Shown: one piece after another, positions 38,171 through 48,688 of the stretch | How positions within the stretch are numbered: position 1 is the first letter of the stretch | Layout: each line of letters opens with the position of its first letter | Source of the DNA: Candidatus Thorarchaeota archaeon | Lineage (GTDB): Archaea > Asgardarchaeota > Thorarchaeia > Thorarchaeales > Thorarchaeaceae | Assembly: GCA_048882325.1 (NCBI GenBank) | Contig: JBHLRS010000004.1 | Location: 49,628 to 113,627 of the forward strand | DNA length: 64,000 nt | Direction of reading: 5' to 3' | Translations under genes and position numbers: made by a program | The notes under the pieces: generated by a model | The model's input: only the letters and a program-made list of their open reading frames with translations | Databases searched by the model: none | Told to the model about the DNA's origin: nothing

Positions 38171-39594
38171 GAACGCACCCCCAATCCCAACTTTCCAGGA
38201 TTCAGTATCCCATTTGGATCCAGTGCCTCTTTGAATTTCTTCAGAACACTGAAACTTGAGCCTAATTCATCTTCCGTATAACTGCTCCGAGTGAGTCCGA
38301 CACCGTGTTGATGGCTCATAACCCCGCCTGCTTTGTGGCAGGCAGCCACACCAACATCCCAGATTCTTCTGTATGTTACCCACGCTGTTTCCGCGTCAGG
38401 TTGCGCTGTGAAGAAAATCATGTAAATGCTGCCACCGTTCTGATACATGTGCGAGAAATGAGACATGACTACCGCATCTTCAGCCTCCATTGCTTCTTTC
38501 ATAGCTCTGTATACATTCTCGAGCTTGTCATATGTTGCGACAATGTCAATAGTGTCACCTATGGAATATCCACTAGTGGTGAGTCGAGTCGGATAGTACA
38601 TATCGTATCGATGTTCCCACCATCGTTTTGATGGGCCCTCTCCTTGGTCAACACCTCCTTCCTCTAGGCAGATTCGTACTGCATCTTGTTCATCAATCTC
38701 TAACTTTTTCGGCTTGCCATCAAAAGCCAGTAGGAGAATGCAATGACCTTGCTCAAATTCGAAATGAGTTGAAAAGCTCAATGCTGCATCTTCAGGATCG
38801 TAGAGTCGAACAACTGATGGAATAATTCCCGTTCTGAATATCTTACGAATTGTTTCAAGTCCACTATGGACATCGGGAAAGCTAACACTACGAAAGCGAC
38901 GTTCTTCGGGAATGAGAAATAGCTTCAATGTAGCTTCAGTGATAACACCGAGAGTCCCCTCAGAGCCAATAAAGAGCTGACGAAGGTCGGGGCCAACAGA
39001 ATGTCTTGGTACATCTTTAGTTTTGATGATTGAGCCATCAGCAAGAACCACTTTTAGTCCAAGAGCCATGTCTTCGATTTTTCCGTACAGAGATGACATT
39101 GACCCGCCGGATCTAGTTGCTAGGAATCCACCAATGTTTGATGCACGAAGTGATGTAGGAGTATGACCTGTAGTATACCCGTGACGATTGACTGCTTCTT
39201 CTAAATCTATACCGACCACTCCAGCTTGTACCCTCACCAACATTGATTCATGATCAATCTCATAGATCTTATCAAGTCGCTTCAAGTCGAGCTGAATTCC
39301 TCCATAGATGGGGAGGGTTCCTCCACTGGTTCCTGCACCACCTCCAACGGGTGTAACAGGAATCTTCAACTCGTTTGCTACAGTCAATACTTTGGAGACC
39401 TCTTCAGTACTTCCAGGAAATACAATCATATCTGCAAGAGGAAGCATTTCACCTGCTCGAATCTTGGCTTCACTAAGAGGCCATGCATCATGAGCATTCA
39501 GGATTCTATCAGTTTCCTGCATAGTGATATGGTCGTGACCTACAACCTTAGTAATTTGCTCAAAGGCCTTCTTCTTCGATTTATCATTCAGCAT
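38164..39594 (-). CDS. FAD-linked oxidase/dehydrogenase of the GlcD / D-lactate dehydrogenase family
   Basis: FAD-binding PCMH domain (IPVTPVGGGAGTSGGTLP...GIQLDLKRLDKIYEID) plus the C-terminal FAD-oxidase domain. It overlaps the GlcF-like gene by 7 nt. Confidence 0.75.
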   Translation of the reverse strand: MLNDKSKKKAFEQITKVVGHDHITMQETDRILNAHDAWPLSEAKIRAGEMLPLADMIVFPGSTEEVSKVLTVANELKIPVTPVGGGAGTSGGTLPIYGGIQLDLKRLDKIYEIDHESMLVRVQAGVVGIDLEEAVNRHGYTTGHTPTSLRASNIGGFLATRSGGSMSSLYGKIEDMALGLKVVLADGSIIKTKDVPRHSVGPDLRQLFIGSEGTLGVITEATLKLFLIPEERRFRSVSFPDVHSGLETIRKIFRTGIIPSVVRLYDPEDAALSFSTHFEFEQGHCILLLAFDGKPKKLEIDEQDAVRICLEEGGVDQGEGPSKRWWEHRYDMYYPTRLTTSGYSIGDTIDIVATYDKLENVYRAMKEAMEAEDAVVMSHFSHMYQNGGSIYMIFFTAQPDAETAWVTYRRIWDVGVAACHKAGGVMSHQHGVGLTRSSYTEDELGSSFSVLKKFKEALDPNGILNPGKLGLGVRSC

Positions 39595-39601
39595 TTACAG
39601 T

Positions 39602-40840
39602 TCACTCCTTTTTGGGGAGTCTCTGAGCAATGAACACTGTTAGGTCGTCAACCTCAACAGAACTGCCTGTTCTGAAGAGGTTACTCTCAATTTGTGCTGT
39701 ACAGAGTGGACAAGGTGTCACGACTCGATCAGCACCTGTTCTCTTTATGGCTTCTAGATTCTCTCTCACCACAGCATCAGCAACGTCGTCAGAATGGTAC
39801 GAGACCATTCCACCACCTCCGCAGCAAGAGTCATGGGCATCTGATTCAGCTACACTCACACCTGGAATCTGATGCAGGATTTCAATGGCATAATCGGAGA
39901 TCTGACGGGAGGTGTGTCGGATAAGATGACACGGGTCGTGTACAGACACATGAACGGTAGAATATTCTGAACTGTCTTCCATAGAGGCACGTAGTTTCTC
40001 TAGACCAATATCCTCAACCAGAAACTCAAGGATGTGAACTGCAGATATACCCCAATCCTGTTGATAAGAGATGTCGGACAGACTCGAAGTACATCCAGCA
40101 CAGGTTGTGACAATCTTCGTGACTCCTGAATCTTTGACTTTCTTCCTGAGCTCACTTGTCAGGTGGAGGTCTGTTTCATGATCACCAATGAGTCTAGATG
40201 GTAATCCACAACAGGACATCTCCTCGAGAAGAGTATAGTTCACCTCAAAGTGTTCCAAGATCACCTTTGCCGCCTCACGAACCTCTTGAGCGCGTTCCTC
40301 TGCCTGGCAACCAGGGTAAAACAAAACCTCTGCATTATCTGAAACCTTGTCCTCGACATAGGGTAGACCTAGACGCTCAAGCCGCATATCTCGACTTTCG
40401 TTCTTCTCTTCCCTATCCTCCCAGGGAACAAATGCAAGTCTGTGTTCGGTGAGAGACTCTCTCACGATATGGAAACCCTTGGGAACCAAATCAGGGCGGT
40501 GGTCAAAGATTCTTGCGCGAATTAAGTTGACAACCTCAGGAATATCCACATTCTTCGGACATACCTCACGGCAAGTGCCACACCCAGTGCAAAGATACAC
40601 TTTGTCTGCGGCAGCCCAAAATTCAGGAGGGGACCTGCTTAGTTCAACAGCAATGCTTCTCGGGCCACTAAAGCGATCAACTCCGACTGCCGCGACGACC
40701 GGACAATGATTGAGACAAAGACCACAATTGATGCACCGCTCTACTGACTTCACTGCTTCAAACTCGTGTGAATGATAGGGGGTTATTTTCTCCTCTCGAA
40801 GAGTGTTTTTAGCATATTCATAGGCCTCATCTTCATTCAC
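39602..40840 (-). CDS. glpC: anaerobic glycerol-3-phosphate dehydrogenase subunit C-like Fe-S protein
   Basis: Two 4Fe-4S motifs (CINCGLCLNHCP; CTGCGTCREVCP) and two CCG domains (YPGCQAEE...; HDPCHLIRH...CCGGGG). It sits immediately downstream of glpAB. Confidence 0.65.
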   Translation of the reverse strand: MNEDEAYEYAKNTLREEKITPYHSHEFEAVKSVERCINCGLCLNHCPVVAAVGVDRFSGPRSIAVELSRSPPEFWAAADKVYLCTGCGTCREVCPKNVDIPEVVNLIRARIFDHRPDLVPKGFHIVRESLTEHRLAFVPWEDREEKNESRDMRLERLGLPYVEDKVSDNAEVLFYPGCQAEERAQEVREAAKVILEHFEVNYTLLEEMSCCGLPSRLIGDHETDLHLTSELRKKVKDSGVTKIVTTCAGCTSSLSDISYQQDWGISAVHILEFLVEDIGLEKLRASMEDSSEYSTVHVSVHDPCHLIRHTSRQISDYAIEILHQIPGVSVAESDAHDSCCGGGGMVSYHSDDVADAVVRENLEAIKRTGADRVVTPCPLCTAQIESNLFRTGSSVEVDDLTVFIAQRLPKKE

Positions 40841-40841
40841 A

Positions 40842-42215
40842 TTAAGTCACCTCCTTAATGTGGTTTATTGCATTCCTTGTTGCAGAAAAACCACTCATCG
40901 CTGCAACTCCTAAACCACTTTTCTCGATGGAATAATCATATCCTGCGAGGACAGCCCCTGCGGAGTATAAGTTTCGTGCCCACTCAACACCATCATCATC
41001 GACAGGTCTGAACTGGGGATCTAGAGTGAGACCACATGAATTGACAGGATGACCTTCTGGACTTACTGCAATTCGGTTTGTATAACGAGAGGGGACAATC
41101 TCACTAGCAGAATGGTATGAATCTGTAACTGTCATCAACCCGAACAGAGTTTCACGAATTCCAGCATTGTCACCGCTAAGTCCTCCACCAATGAATTTGC
41201 CCGTGGAAAGAATGAACGCTTTGGCAGTAATGTCAAACGACCGTCGAGGTGTTTTTGTTTTTATACTTACAAGGCGACTCTCGGCTCTTTCATAAGAAAC
41301 AGCTTCATGGCCAATAAGCAGTTTGCCACCTTTCTTTCTGAATTGATCATCTAGAGCGAGCTGCAGCCTCATTCCAGGAACCGATGGAGGAAATCCAAGT
41401 AACTCAAAAACCTCTGCTCCAATTTGATCTTCTAGACTTCGTTTGGTTTCTTGAGCTGATTTCACACCTAGGACTGGTGGAAATGCAACATGGGTAGCTC
41501 CGAGTTTGTCAACCTGAGGTTTCAATTGTCTTGCAATTTCTTCTATTGAGCTTTCATGGTCCATGTGTCTGGCTATCTCAATGGAAGAAATATTATAGGA
41601 CTTACCAAAGGGCGAAACCTGCAACAGGCAATGTCCGACTTTTCGTGGTGATCCGCCAGTAGCGATTCTTTCCTCCAGATAAGTTTTCGCTGCTGTTGAT
41701 GGATTGAAGTCTGCGTTTCCCAAGATTCCAGCAAAGAGAAGGACACTGTTCTCATTCTTGTGAAGACTTTCGGAGTACATTGTTTCTTGGACAAGACAAG
41801 TTGGTTTCGTCGTTCCCAAGATTGTAATCGGGAATATGTTCGTCTTGAATTCCCCATATAATGAAGCGATTGAATCCTTCAGATTCTGTTTCAACCAAGT
41901 CATTGTTTCGTCTGTTCTGGCAACTATCTCAGAAACAACATTACTTGGATCAACGTTTTCACTGTATCCAATGATGCTGTAGGGATGGAGCGGGTAGAGG
42001 CCAGCAATTGCAGTCAATCCCTCTTCAGGTGTCATGAATGGTTCAGAAGCATCTGGCAGGTATCCAATAATGTCAATGGCTCCTGATGAATAAGCTGTAG
42101 CACTCTGACCTTTCCTGAGAATGACAGTAGAAAAGCCAGATTCGGCTGCAACAGTACCTGCAACCAGTCCAGCCATCCCTCCTCCAATCACAAGGAGGTC
42201 GCAATTCATCTCCAT
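40842..42215 (-). CDS. glpB: anaerobic glycerol-3-phosphate dehydrogenase subunit B
   Basis: N-terminal FAD dinucleotide fold CDLLVIGGGMAGLVAGTVAAESG, followed by SSGAIDIIGY, characteristic of GlpB. It is contiguous with glpA, with no gap. Confidence 0.65.
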   Translation of the reverse strand: MEMNCDLLVIGGGMAGLVAGTVAAESGFSTVILRKGQSATAYSSGAIDIIGYLPDASEPFMTPEEGLTAIAGLYPLHPYSIIGYSENVDPSNVVSEIVARTDETMTWLKQNLKDSIASLYGEFKTNIFPITILGTTKPTCLVQETMYSESLHKNENSVLLFAGILGNADFNPSTAAKTYLEERIATGGSPRKVGHCLLQVSPFGKSYNISSIEIARHMDHESSIEEIARQLKPQVDKLGATHVAFPPVLGVKSAQETKRSLEDQIGAEVFELLGFPPSVPGMRLQLALDDQFRKKGGKLLIGHEAVSYERAESRLVSIKTKTPRRSFDITAKAFILSTGKFIGGGLSGDNAGIRETLFGLMTVTDSYHSASEIVPSRYTNRIAVSPEGHPVNSCGLTLDPQFRPVDDDGVEWARNLYSAGAVLAGYDYSIEKSGLGVAAMSGFSATRNAINHIKEVT

Positions 42216-43868
42216 CTAAGAGCCCTCCTCCCATGGTTTGAGGTCATAGTCTACATCGGATTGGTCTAGGTTGGCTACGCAAGCATACATGCCCTGTGCA
42301 AGTTCTTCCTGAGCTAGCTGTTCACCCCTCATTGATGGGCGAATGCCTTTCCATCGCTCTGCTCTGAAGTCCAGAATATCGACGAGAAAGTCATCACCCT
42401 GTAGGTCAAGCTCTTCAGCCAAAATGGAGGCGGCTTTGTAGGTGCAGAAGGTTCCCTGGCAAGGTCCAGTGCCAAGTCGAACTCGTCTACGCAGATCGTT
42501 CAGTGTCTGCGGAAATTCTTCTCTAATTGCATATCGAATCTCTGCTTCGAGAACAGGCTCGCAAGTGCAGATTGTAGTCCTCCACTCAGGATTGTCCTTT
42601 GTCATTTCTAAGATCTTGACTAGCTCGGTTCCCCGACGAGCTCGAAGACGTTCTAAAGCATGCAGACTGACTCCATACTCGATAGAGAGAGATTCGATGT
42701 CAATATCTTTATCATTGCCAGGCAGAGGTTGCTCATGAGTTGTGCTCTTGGATTTCACACCCAGTTTCTTTGCTACAAGATCTGTGACGGTTTCAGCCAT
42801 ATGCCGACACAGAACTAGCTTACCTCCCGTAAAGCTAATCATCCCATTCTCATGATCTATAACCTGATATCCACGTGTCACTTTATCTTCAGGAACATTC
42901 CAATCAGGCACGAGAGGTCTAACACCAACCATTGTCCTGATGACACGAGCTTCACGAATTGATGGTATGACAGACTCTATACTCTGAAACAGATACTCAA
43001 TCTCGTCAAAAGAAGCTACTATCGTATCAGGATCCTCCCAAGTGTCCAAAGCGGTTGTTCCAAGAAGTGATGAATTCTCATGTGGAAATAGATAGATCCA
43101 TCTTCCGTCAACAGCCTTTGCAGTAACTCCAACATTCACAACTCGACGGTCTAGAATAATGTGAGCGCCTTTGTTGAGCCGAAGATTGAGTTCTGCACCA
43201 CTTCTCCTCGCAATCTTGTGTGCCCAGGGACCTGATGCATTCACAACCAGTTTTGTGCTTGCTTTCTCTGATTGTCCGGTTATTCGATTATAATATAGAA
43301 CACTTTGAATTTCATTGTCTGATTTTTCGAATCCGATTACCTCGCAATACGTCTTGACCTCAGCACCGTGATTTTTCGCATCAAGAGCTTGGAGAAGACA
43401 AAGCCGAAATGGATCAATGAAGAATTCTTCGTAGTATACACCTGCTATTACATCCGGATGAACCATTGGCTCGAGCGCTAGTGTTGCCTCAGGAGTGATG
43501 AATACCATTTCAGGAACATCCCGTTCATCTGCATTCTCGGAGTATGCATCAATATAATCTCCATCACTAGCTGCTAGACTGAGATCTAGAATAGGAGCGA
43601 TGATTGGATTCTTCATGATGATATGACGTGCGATTCTCCTGAGAAACACGACTTCCGAGGAGCATATCTTCATTATATCAGGTTCACCCCGATACTTTAG
43701 ACCTGAGGAGATCATTCCTGCACATGTACCAACCGTTGCAGATGCAATATCATCACGTTCCAATAGCAATGTCTTCAGACCGCGCATCGCACAATCTCGA
43801 GCCACTGCAGTACCAGTGCTTCCACCACCAATCACCACTACATCGAACTCGGATTCAGTCATGCGCAT
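42216..43868 (-). CDS. glpA: anaerobic glycerol-3-phosphate dehydrogenase subunit A, FAD-dependent with a C-terminal BFD-like [2Fe-2S] domain
   Basis: FDVVVIGGGSTGTAVARDCAMRGLKTLLLER (DAO-type FAD fold) and C-terminal CTCEPV...GTGPCQGTFC (BFD-like). Confidence 0.8.
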   Translation of the reverse strand: MRMTESEFDVVVIGGGSTGTAVARDCAMRGLKTLLLERDDIASATVGTCAGMISSGLKYRGEPDIMKICSSEVVFLRRIARHIIMKNPIIAPILDLSLAASDGDYIDAYSENADERDVPEMVFITPEATLALEPMVHPDVIAGVYYEEFFIDPFRLCLLQALDAKNHGAEVKTYCEVIGFEKSDNEIQSVLYYNRITGQSEKASTKLVVNASGPWAHKIARRSGAELNLRLNKGAHIILDRRVVNVGVTAKAVDGRWIYLFPHENSSLLGTTALDTWEDPDTIVASFDEIEYLFQSIESVIPSIREARVIRTMVGVRPLVPDWNVPEDKVTRGYQVIDHENGMISFTGGKLVLCRHMAETVTDLVAKKLGVKSKSTTHEQPLPGNDKDIDIESLSIEYGVSLHALERLRARRGTELVKILEMTKDNPEWRTTICTCEPVLEAEIRYAIREEFPQTLNDLRRRVRLGTGPCQGTFCTYKAASILAEELDLQGDDFLVDILDFRAERWKGIRPSMRGEQLAQEELAQGMYACVANLDQSDVDYDLKPWEEGS

Positions 43869-44005
43869 CTTTCCTTAGTTTCTGAGACTCAGTTGATGTA
43901 TTGAACCAACGCGCAATACTAAGGTTTCGGATTGTATAAGTGGGAAAATTATAACCAAGATTACATTAAAAGGAGACACTCTGGCGTTCATCTAGTGAAT
44001 ACACT

Positions 44006-44254
44006 ATGCCAAACTACGATCTAGGTACGCTTGTTATCGGTAACCATGATGTGAAAAAACTCACTCAAGCCCTTGATATCCCGGATCATCGTTTTGAAGA
44101 CATTGTGACCCTCGCCCGACAAGCCTGGGAGCATGAAGACACAATCAGTGAGTCAATTGAGTATATTGCACAGAATGCTAGTGGTTCCGAACTGGTTCTT
44201 GCGCTTGTATTCTTTGGTCGAATTTGGGAAGACAACCAACAAGAAGAGGAATAG
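44006..44254 (+). CDS. small hypothetical protein (82 aa)
   Basis: ORF only, in the divergent region upstream of the glp operon. Confidence 0.2.
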   Translation: MPNYDLGTLVIGNHDVKKLTQALDIPDHRFEDIVTLARQAWEHEDTISESIEYIAQNASGSELVLALVFFGRIWEDNQQEEE

Positions 44255-44256
44255 TA

Positions 44257-45726
44257 TCAGGAAATTGCGTCCAGTATTCGTCCAGAATATTCTATCACGA
44301 GTTTGTTGTATATCTCGTATTGTTTCTGGTACACTTCAACATTTTCTGGAATAGGCTCGCGTCGCTCCTCAATATGAACCATATTTTCTATGGCTTCTCG
44401 ATATCCTCCGTAGATTCCAGTGCCGACTGTTCCAAGCACAGCTGCACCAATCACGGTTGAATCTCTTACCTTGGGGAGAACTACGGTTTTATTCACACAG
44501 TCAGCCATGATTTGACGCCAAAGCGGAGAATTGGCACCACCTCCAGCAATAAGGAGCTCCTTGAACTCAACATCTAACATTCCTTCCATCATTTGAAGAT
44601 AGAAGGAGATAGTATACCCGTTCGCCTCCAGAATTGCTCGAGCAACATGAGCTTTAGTGTGGTTGAATCCAAGATTGTAGAGCATACCTAGGTTATATGC
44701 CATGAATGGGAACATGAGAAGTCCATCACTACCTGGAGGAACAGAGGCCGCAGAGGCTTCGATGATTTGATACACATCTTTCTCTGTTTTCACAGCCAAA
44801 GCCATCTCCGGTTCACAGTACTGATCACGATACCACTTGTATGTGAGTCCCGTCCCTGGAGTCACACCTTCAAGAATCCACTTTCCGGGCATTGCTGAGG
44901 GATGGCAATACATGACAAAGGTCTCCTCGAGATATTCGTCCATATGTGTGATCACGAAGGTTCCTGTTCCAGTAGTAGCCTTGACAACTCCAGTTTCGAT
45001 CACCCCCATCCCTAAGGCTGCGCACTGTTGATCCCCACTACCTAGAATTACAGGCGTTCCTTTTCGCAGTGATGTCGCCTTCGCGGCTGCTGAGCTGACC
45101 TCACCAACGGTTGTTCCTGAATTCTTGATGTCTGCAAGTTTGTCAATCGGGATACCTGTTGCTTCACACAGTTCTTCAGACCACTGGAGTTTCTCAAAGT
45201 CGAATGGACCAAAACGAGCCTCACCTGGAGAACTGACCACTGCTCCACACAATCTATTGTTGATGAAAGCATCGATATGTAGCCATTTGTATGCCTTCTT
45301 GAATAGGTCTGGTCGATTCTCGCTGAACCACATCAACTTCCGGACTGCATTCCGTTGACCGATCTCCTCAGCCATGTCCTTACTCTTCTCAGTCTTTCTG
45401 GAATCAACCCACGTCACTGTAGGTGCCAAGGCATTCCCGTCTTTGTCAATAGGTGTGATTGAGTCTCTTGCAGTTGTGACAATTGCACCAACTATAGCGT
45501 CAGCCCCGTGTTTGCAACCTGCTAGTGCTCTTTGCATTGTATTAGCTGATGCACGCCAGTATGTATCTGCAAGCTGTTCATGTGTTCCAACATCCTTGGG
45601 TTTAGGTGGGTATTCTTCATACGCCTTACTGACTTCTCTTCCTTCCTCATCGACAATCACAGAACGCGTTCCAGTTGTACCAATATCAAAAACTGCAAAC
45701 AGACGATCACTCATCAACGACACCAA
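44257..45726 (-). CDS. FGGY-family carbohydrate kinase (glycerol kinase / xylulokinase-like)
   Basis: N-terminal actin-fold phosphate-1 motif LFAVFDIGTTGTRSVI, LGSGDQQCAALGMG, and C-terminal IAGGGANSPLWRQIMADC. Its context next to glpABC suggests a glycerol substrate. Confidence 0.7.
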   Translation of the reverse strand: MVSLMSDRLFAVFDIGTTGTRSVIVDEEGREVSKAYEEYPPKPKDVGTHEQLADTYWRASANTMQRALAGCKHGADAIVGAIVTTARDSITPIDKDGNALAPTVTWVDSRKTEKSKDMAEEIGQRNAVRKLMWFSENRPDLFKKAYKWLHIDAFINNRLCGAVVSSPGEARFGPFDFEKLQWSEELCEATGIPIDKLADIKNSGTTVGEVSSAAAKATSLRKGTPVILGSGDQQCAALGMGVIETGVVKATTGTGTFVITHMDEYLEETFVMYCHPSAMPGKWILEGVTPGTGLTYKWYRDQYCEPEMALAVKTEKDVYQIIEASAASVPPGSDGLLMFPFMAYNLGMLYNLGFNHTKAHVARAILEANGYTISFYLQMMEGMLDVEFKELLIAGGGANSPLWRQIMADCVNKTVVLPKVRDSTVIGAAVLGTVGTGIYGGYREAIENMVHIEERREPIPENVEVYQKQYEIYNKLVIEYSGRILDAIS

Positions 45727-45799
45727 CTAGTTGATGAACTGCACAAGGCTGCATATAGATTGTCCTACCATGAGAGTTATTTAACATAGGAACATCCGA

Positions 45800-46741
45800 T
45801 TGTCAATGGCAGACTATCCCGCTCACATTGAGATTGATTCACATGTTCATCTTGTTAGAGGGAAAAATGAGGCTCGATTTCCAGAAGCAAACACATTGTT
45901 GATTGATGATGAAATCCTCACTCTTGTGGATGCAGGTTCAAACCCCGAACAAGTCCTGTCGACTCTTAGACACCTGGGTCATAAGCCAGAAGATTTAGAC
46001 CGCATAGTGTTGACGCATTATCATGCCGACCACAAGGGTCATACCATGTTCTTTCGACGCTTTTCAGATTGTGAAGTGCTGTGTCACCCACTTGCGAGAG
46101 ATCCCATCGAGAGCTTTGAAGCCATGATGAAAACCATTGGGATAATTGGACCAGACACAAAAGACCAGTGGTTGGGTATGCTCCAATCAAGAATGCCACA
46201 TGTAAAGGGTGACTATATAGTTGATGACACGTTCCGAGAGGATAAACCAATAGATTGTGGAGAAATTGAACTCGTCCCTATTCATTCACCAGGTCACACG
46301 CACGACCACACTTGTTTTGGTATCAACGGACACGAAAAAATCCTCCTCGTTGATATAGACCTCACAGATTTTGGACCATGGTATGGAAATACTGTCAGCG
46401 ATATTGAGGACTTTAAAGAGTCAATCACCAGGATTATTGATCTGCAACCAAAAATGGGAATCAGCAGTCACCTCATAAGTCCAGTGACTGATGAGATTGG
46501 ACATCAACTTGAGAGATTTTTGACATTCTTCCAGAAACGCGATGATGCAATCCTCAACTGTATTGCTGAAGGAGTTGACACTATAAAGCAGCTCGCTCAA
46601 ACGCCTATTATCTACCCACGAATTCCCTATCCGGTCTACTTACTATTTGAAGAGATAATGCTTGGAAAGCATGTTGAGCGTCTTTCAAGAATGGATCTAG
46701 TTCTTATCGAGGATGGCCACCTTCAAGTATTGCGATCATAG
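45800..46741 (+). CDS. MBL-fold metallo-hydrolase
   Basis: LTHYHADHKGH (HxHxDH motif) and downstream His/Asp ligands (IHSPGHTHDH). Confidence 0.7.
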   Translation: MSMADYPAHIEIDSHVHLVRGKNEARFPEANTLLIDDEILTLVDAGSNPEQVLSTLRHLGHKPEDLDRIVLTHYHADHKGHTMFFRRFSDCEVLCHPLARDPIESFEAMMKTIGIIGPDTKDQWLGMLQSRMPHVKGDYIVDDTFREDKPIDCGEIELVPIHSPGHTHDHTCFGINGHEKILLVDIDLTDFGPWYGNTVSDIEDFKESITRIIDLQPKMGISSHLISPVTDEIGHQLERFLTFFQKRDDAILNCIAEGVDTIKQLAQTPIIYPRIPYPVYLLFEEIMLGKHVERLSRMDLVLIEDGHLQVLRS

Positions 46742-46749
46742 TCATTATG

Positions 46750-47592
46750 TTACTTATGTTTGAATTCTGCTGTTCTTTTCTCGAGAAATGCTGCTACACC
46801 TTCTTCTTTGTCCTCAGTGTCAAAGGTCCTACAAAATGCATCTAGCTCAAAGGCAAGATGCTCATCAATGGGTAGTTGCCATGCATTCTGTATGGACTGC
46901 TTGATAAAATCAAGAGCAACTCCAGGCATCTGCGCCAGCCGTCGTGCGAGTTCAGATACACCAAGTCTTAATTCTTCAACGGAGTTGAAGACTTTGTTCA
47001 CTAGACCAATCCTTAAAGCTTCATCAGCGGATATCAAATCGCCAGTGAATATGAGTTCTTTCGCAATCCCAAGACCGACAAGCCTTGAGAGCCGTACAGT
47101 CCCCCCATTACCGGGAATAGTTCCGAGCTTTATTTCAGGAAGACCTAGTTTTGCATTCGAAGACGCGTAACGGATATCACATGCAAGAGCCAACTCACAT
47201 CCGCCACCCAGCGCGTATCCGTTCACAGCACAAATGACGGGTTTCTTCATCGAGATCATGTATTGCGCGATATCCCTACTCGGGTCTACAACTTCCCGAA
47301 TGGTTTCTGAGTTCCGACCCACGAAATCAGTAACATCTGCTCCAGAGATGAAAGCCTTCTCTCCGTTTCCTGTTAGGATAACCACTCTGATGGATGCGTC
47401 CTCCTCTGCAAGTTTCAACAAACTCATCAGCTGTTTCTTGATTGCAATATTCAATGCATTGTATCTATCTGGTCGATTGATGGTGATAGTCGCTATTGCT
47501 TGCTCGATATCAAAAAGTACCAGATCCTCAGACACTTTTTTCACACGTCCATTATTACTGAAGCATCTTGGGAGGTGCGTAGCAATCCCCAA
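46750..47592 (-). CDS. enoyl-CoA hydratase/isomerase (crotonase) family
   Basis: ITINRPDRYNALN, ILTGNGEKAFISGADV, and the oxyanion-hole GGGCELALACD. The tracked start overlaps the upstream HADH gene by 38 nt, so the true start is probably an internal GTG or TTG. Confidence 0.8.
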   Translation of the reverse strand: MGIATHLPRCFSNNGRVKKVSEDLVLFDIEQAIATITINRPDRYNALNIAIKKQLMSLLKLAEEDASIRVVILTGNGEKAFISGADVTDFVGRNSETIREVVDPSRDIAQYMISMKKPVICAVNGYALGGGCELALACDIRYASSNAKLGLPEIKLGTIPGNGGTVRLSRLVGLGIAKELIFTGDLISADEALRIGLVNKVFNSVEELRLGVSELARRLAQMPGVALDFIKQSIQNAWQLPIDEHLAFELDAFCRTFDTEDKEEGVAAFLEKRTAEFKHK

Positions 47593-48685
47593 ACTCTTGT
47601 TGAAGTTTCTTCAACTCCTCGCGCACTTTATCAAGGCCAAGTCTTTCAATGGTTTCAAAGGGGCCTTCCTTATAGTTTGAACCCAACTTCATAGCTTTGT
47701 CAATATCTTCTTTCGAAGCTATTCCAAGTTCGTATTCAATCATGGCCTCTCGTAGATATGGCACGATGATTCTGTTGACCAACCAATCTGGATCTGCACC
47801 CTTTGGTTCGTCAAGGGTGATTTTCTTACCATCCTCATAAGCGTAGAAACCTTTACCAGCTTTCCTTCCGATTCTTCCTTCTTTCACAAACTTCTTGAGT
47901 ATTTCAGGAACCTTGTAGCAGGTTCCCAATTCTCTCTCCAGTGTACTCATTGTTCCTATTGATACATCCATTCCTACAAAATCAGATAATTCTAAGGACC
48001 CCATAGGTGTACCTAGCTTCTCTTTCATAGCTGTGTCGATCTCTTCACTGCTCGCCAAACCTTGTTCATAGATGTGTAGTACTGCTCTCGATATCTGCGC
48101 TCTGAGTCTATTGACTATAAATCCAGGACTGTCTATCGCCTTCACAGTAATCTTTCTCTGTTTCTCACCGACCTCTAAGGCAGTCTGAATGGTATCCTCA
48201 TTGGTTTGTTTTCCAATAATAACCTCTAGGAGCTTCATTGCAGGGACCGGAGAGAAGTAGTGCATCCCAACTACTTTTTCGGGACGCTTAGTGACATTAC
48301 CAAGCTCAGTTATACTAAGTGATGAGGTGTTCGACGCAAGGATTGTGTGAGGTTTGGCCGCACTGTCCATCTCTTTGAAAACTTTCTTTTTGACATCCAT
48401 GTTCTCGAATACAGCCTCAATGACCAAGTCCACATCGCTGACAGCTTCACTGAGATTGGTAGTTGCTTCTAACTGACTGATTAGCTTCTCTCCATCCTCT
48501 GGTGATAGTTTTCCTCTCTTAATCCCCGATTCCACGTATCCGTTAAATCTCGTCAAACCACGACCTATCGCATCATCATCGAGATCTGTCATTGTAACAT
48601 CATATCCTGATGCTCTGGATACATATGAGATACCAGCTCCCATAAGACCAGCACCAATAACAGCTATCTTCTTGACGTTCATCAA
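47555..48685 (-). CDS. 3-hydroxyacyl-CoA dehydrogenase, NAD-binding plus duplicated C-terminal domain
   Basis: KIAVIGAGLMGAGISYV Rossmann, the catalytic NTSSL stretch, and GMHYFSPVPAMKLLEVI. Confidence 0.85.
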   Translation of the reverse strand: MMNVKKIAVIGAGLMGAGISYVSRASGYDVTMTDLDDDAIGRGLTRFNGYVESGIKRGKLSPEDGEKLISQLEATTNLSEAVSDVDLVIEAVFENMDVKKKVFKEMDSAAKPHTILASNTSSLSITELGNVTKRPEKVVGMHYFSPVPAMKLLEVIIGKQTNEDTIQTALEVGEKQRKITVKAIDSPGFIVNRLRAQISRAVLHIYEQGLASSEEIDTAMKEKLGTPMGSLELSDFVGMDVSIGTMSTLERELGTCYKVPEILKKFVKEGRIGRKAGKGFYAYEDGKKITLDEPKGADPDWLVNRIIVPYLREAMIEYELGIASKEDIDKAMKLGSNYKEGPFETIERLGLDKVREELKKLQQEFGDCYAPPKMLQ

Positions 48686-48688
48686 TCA

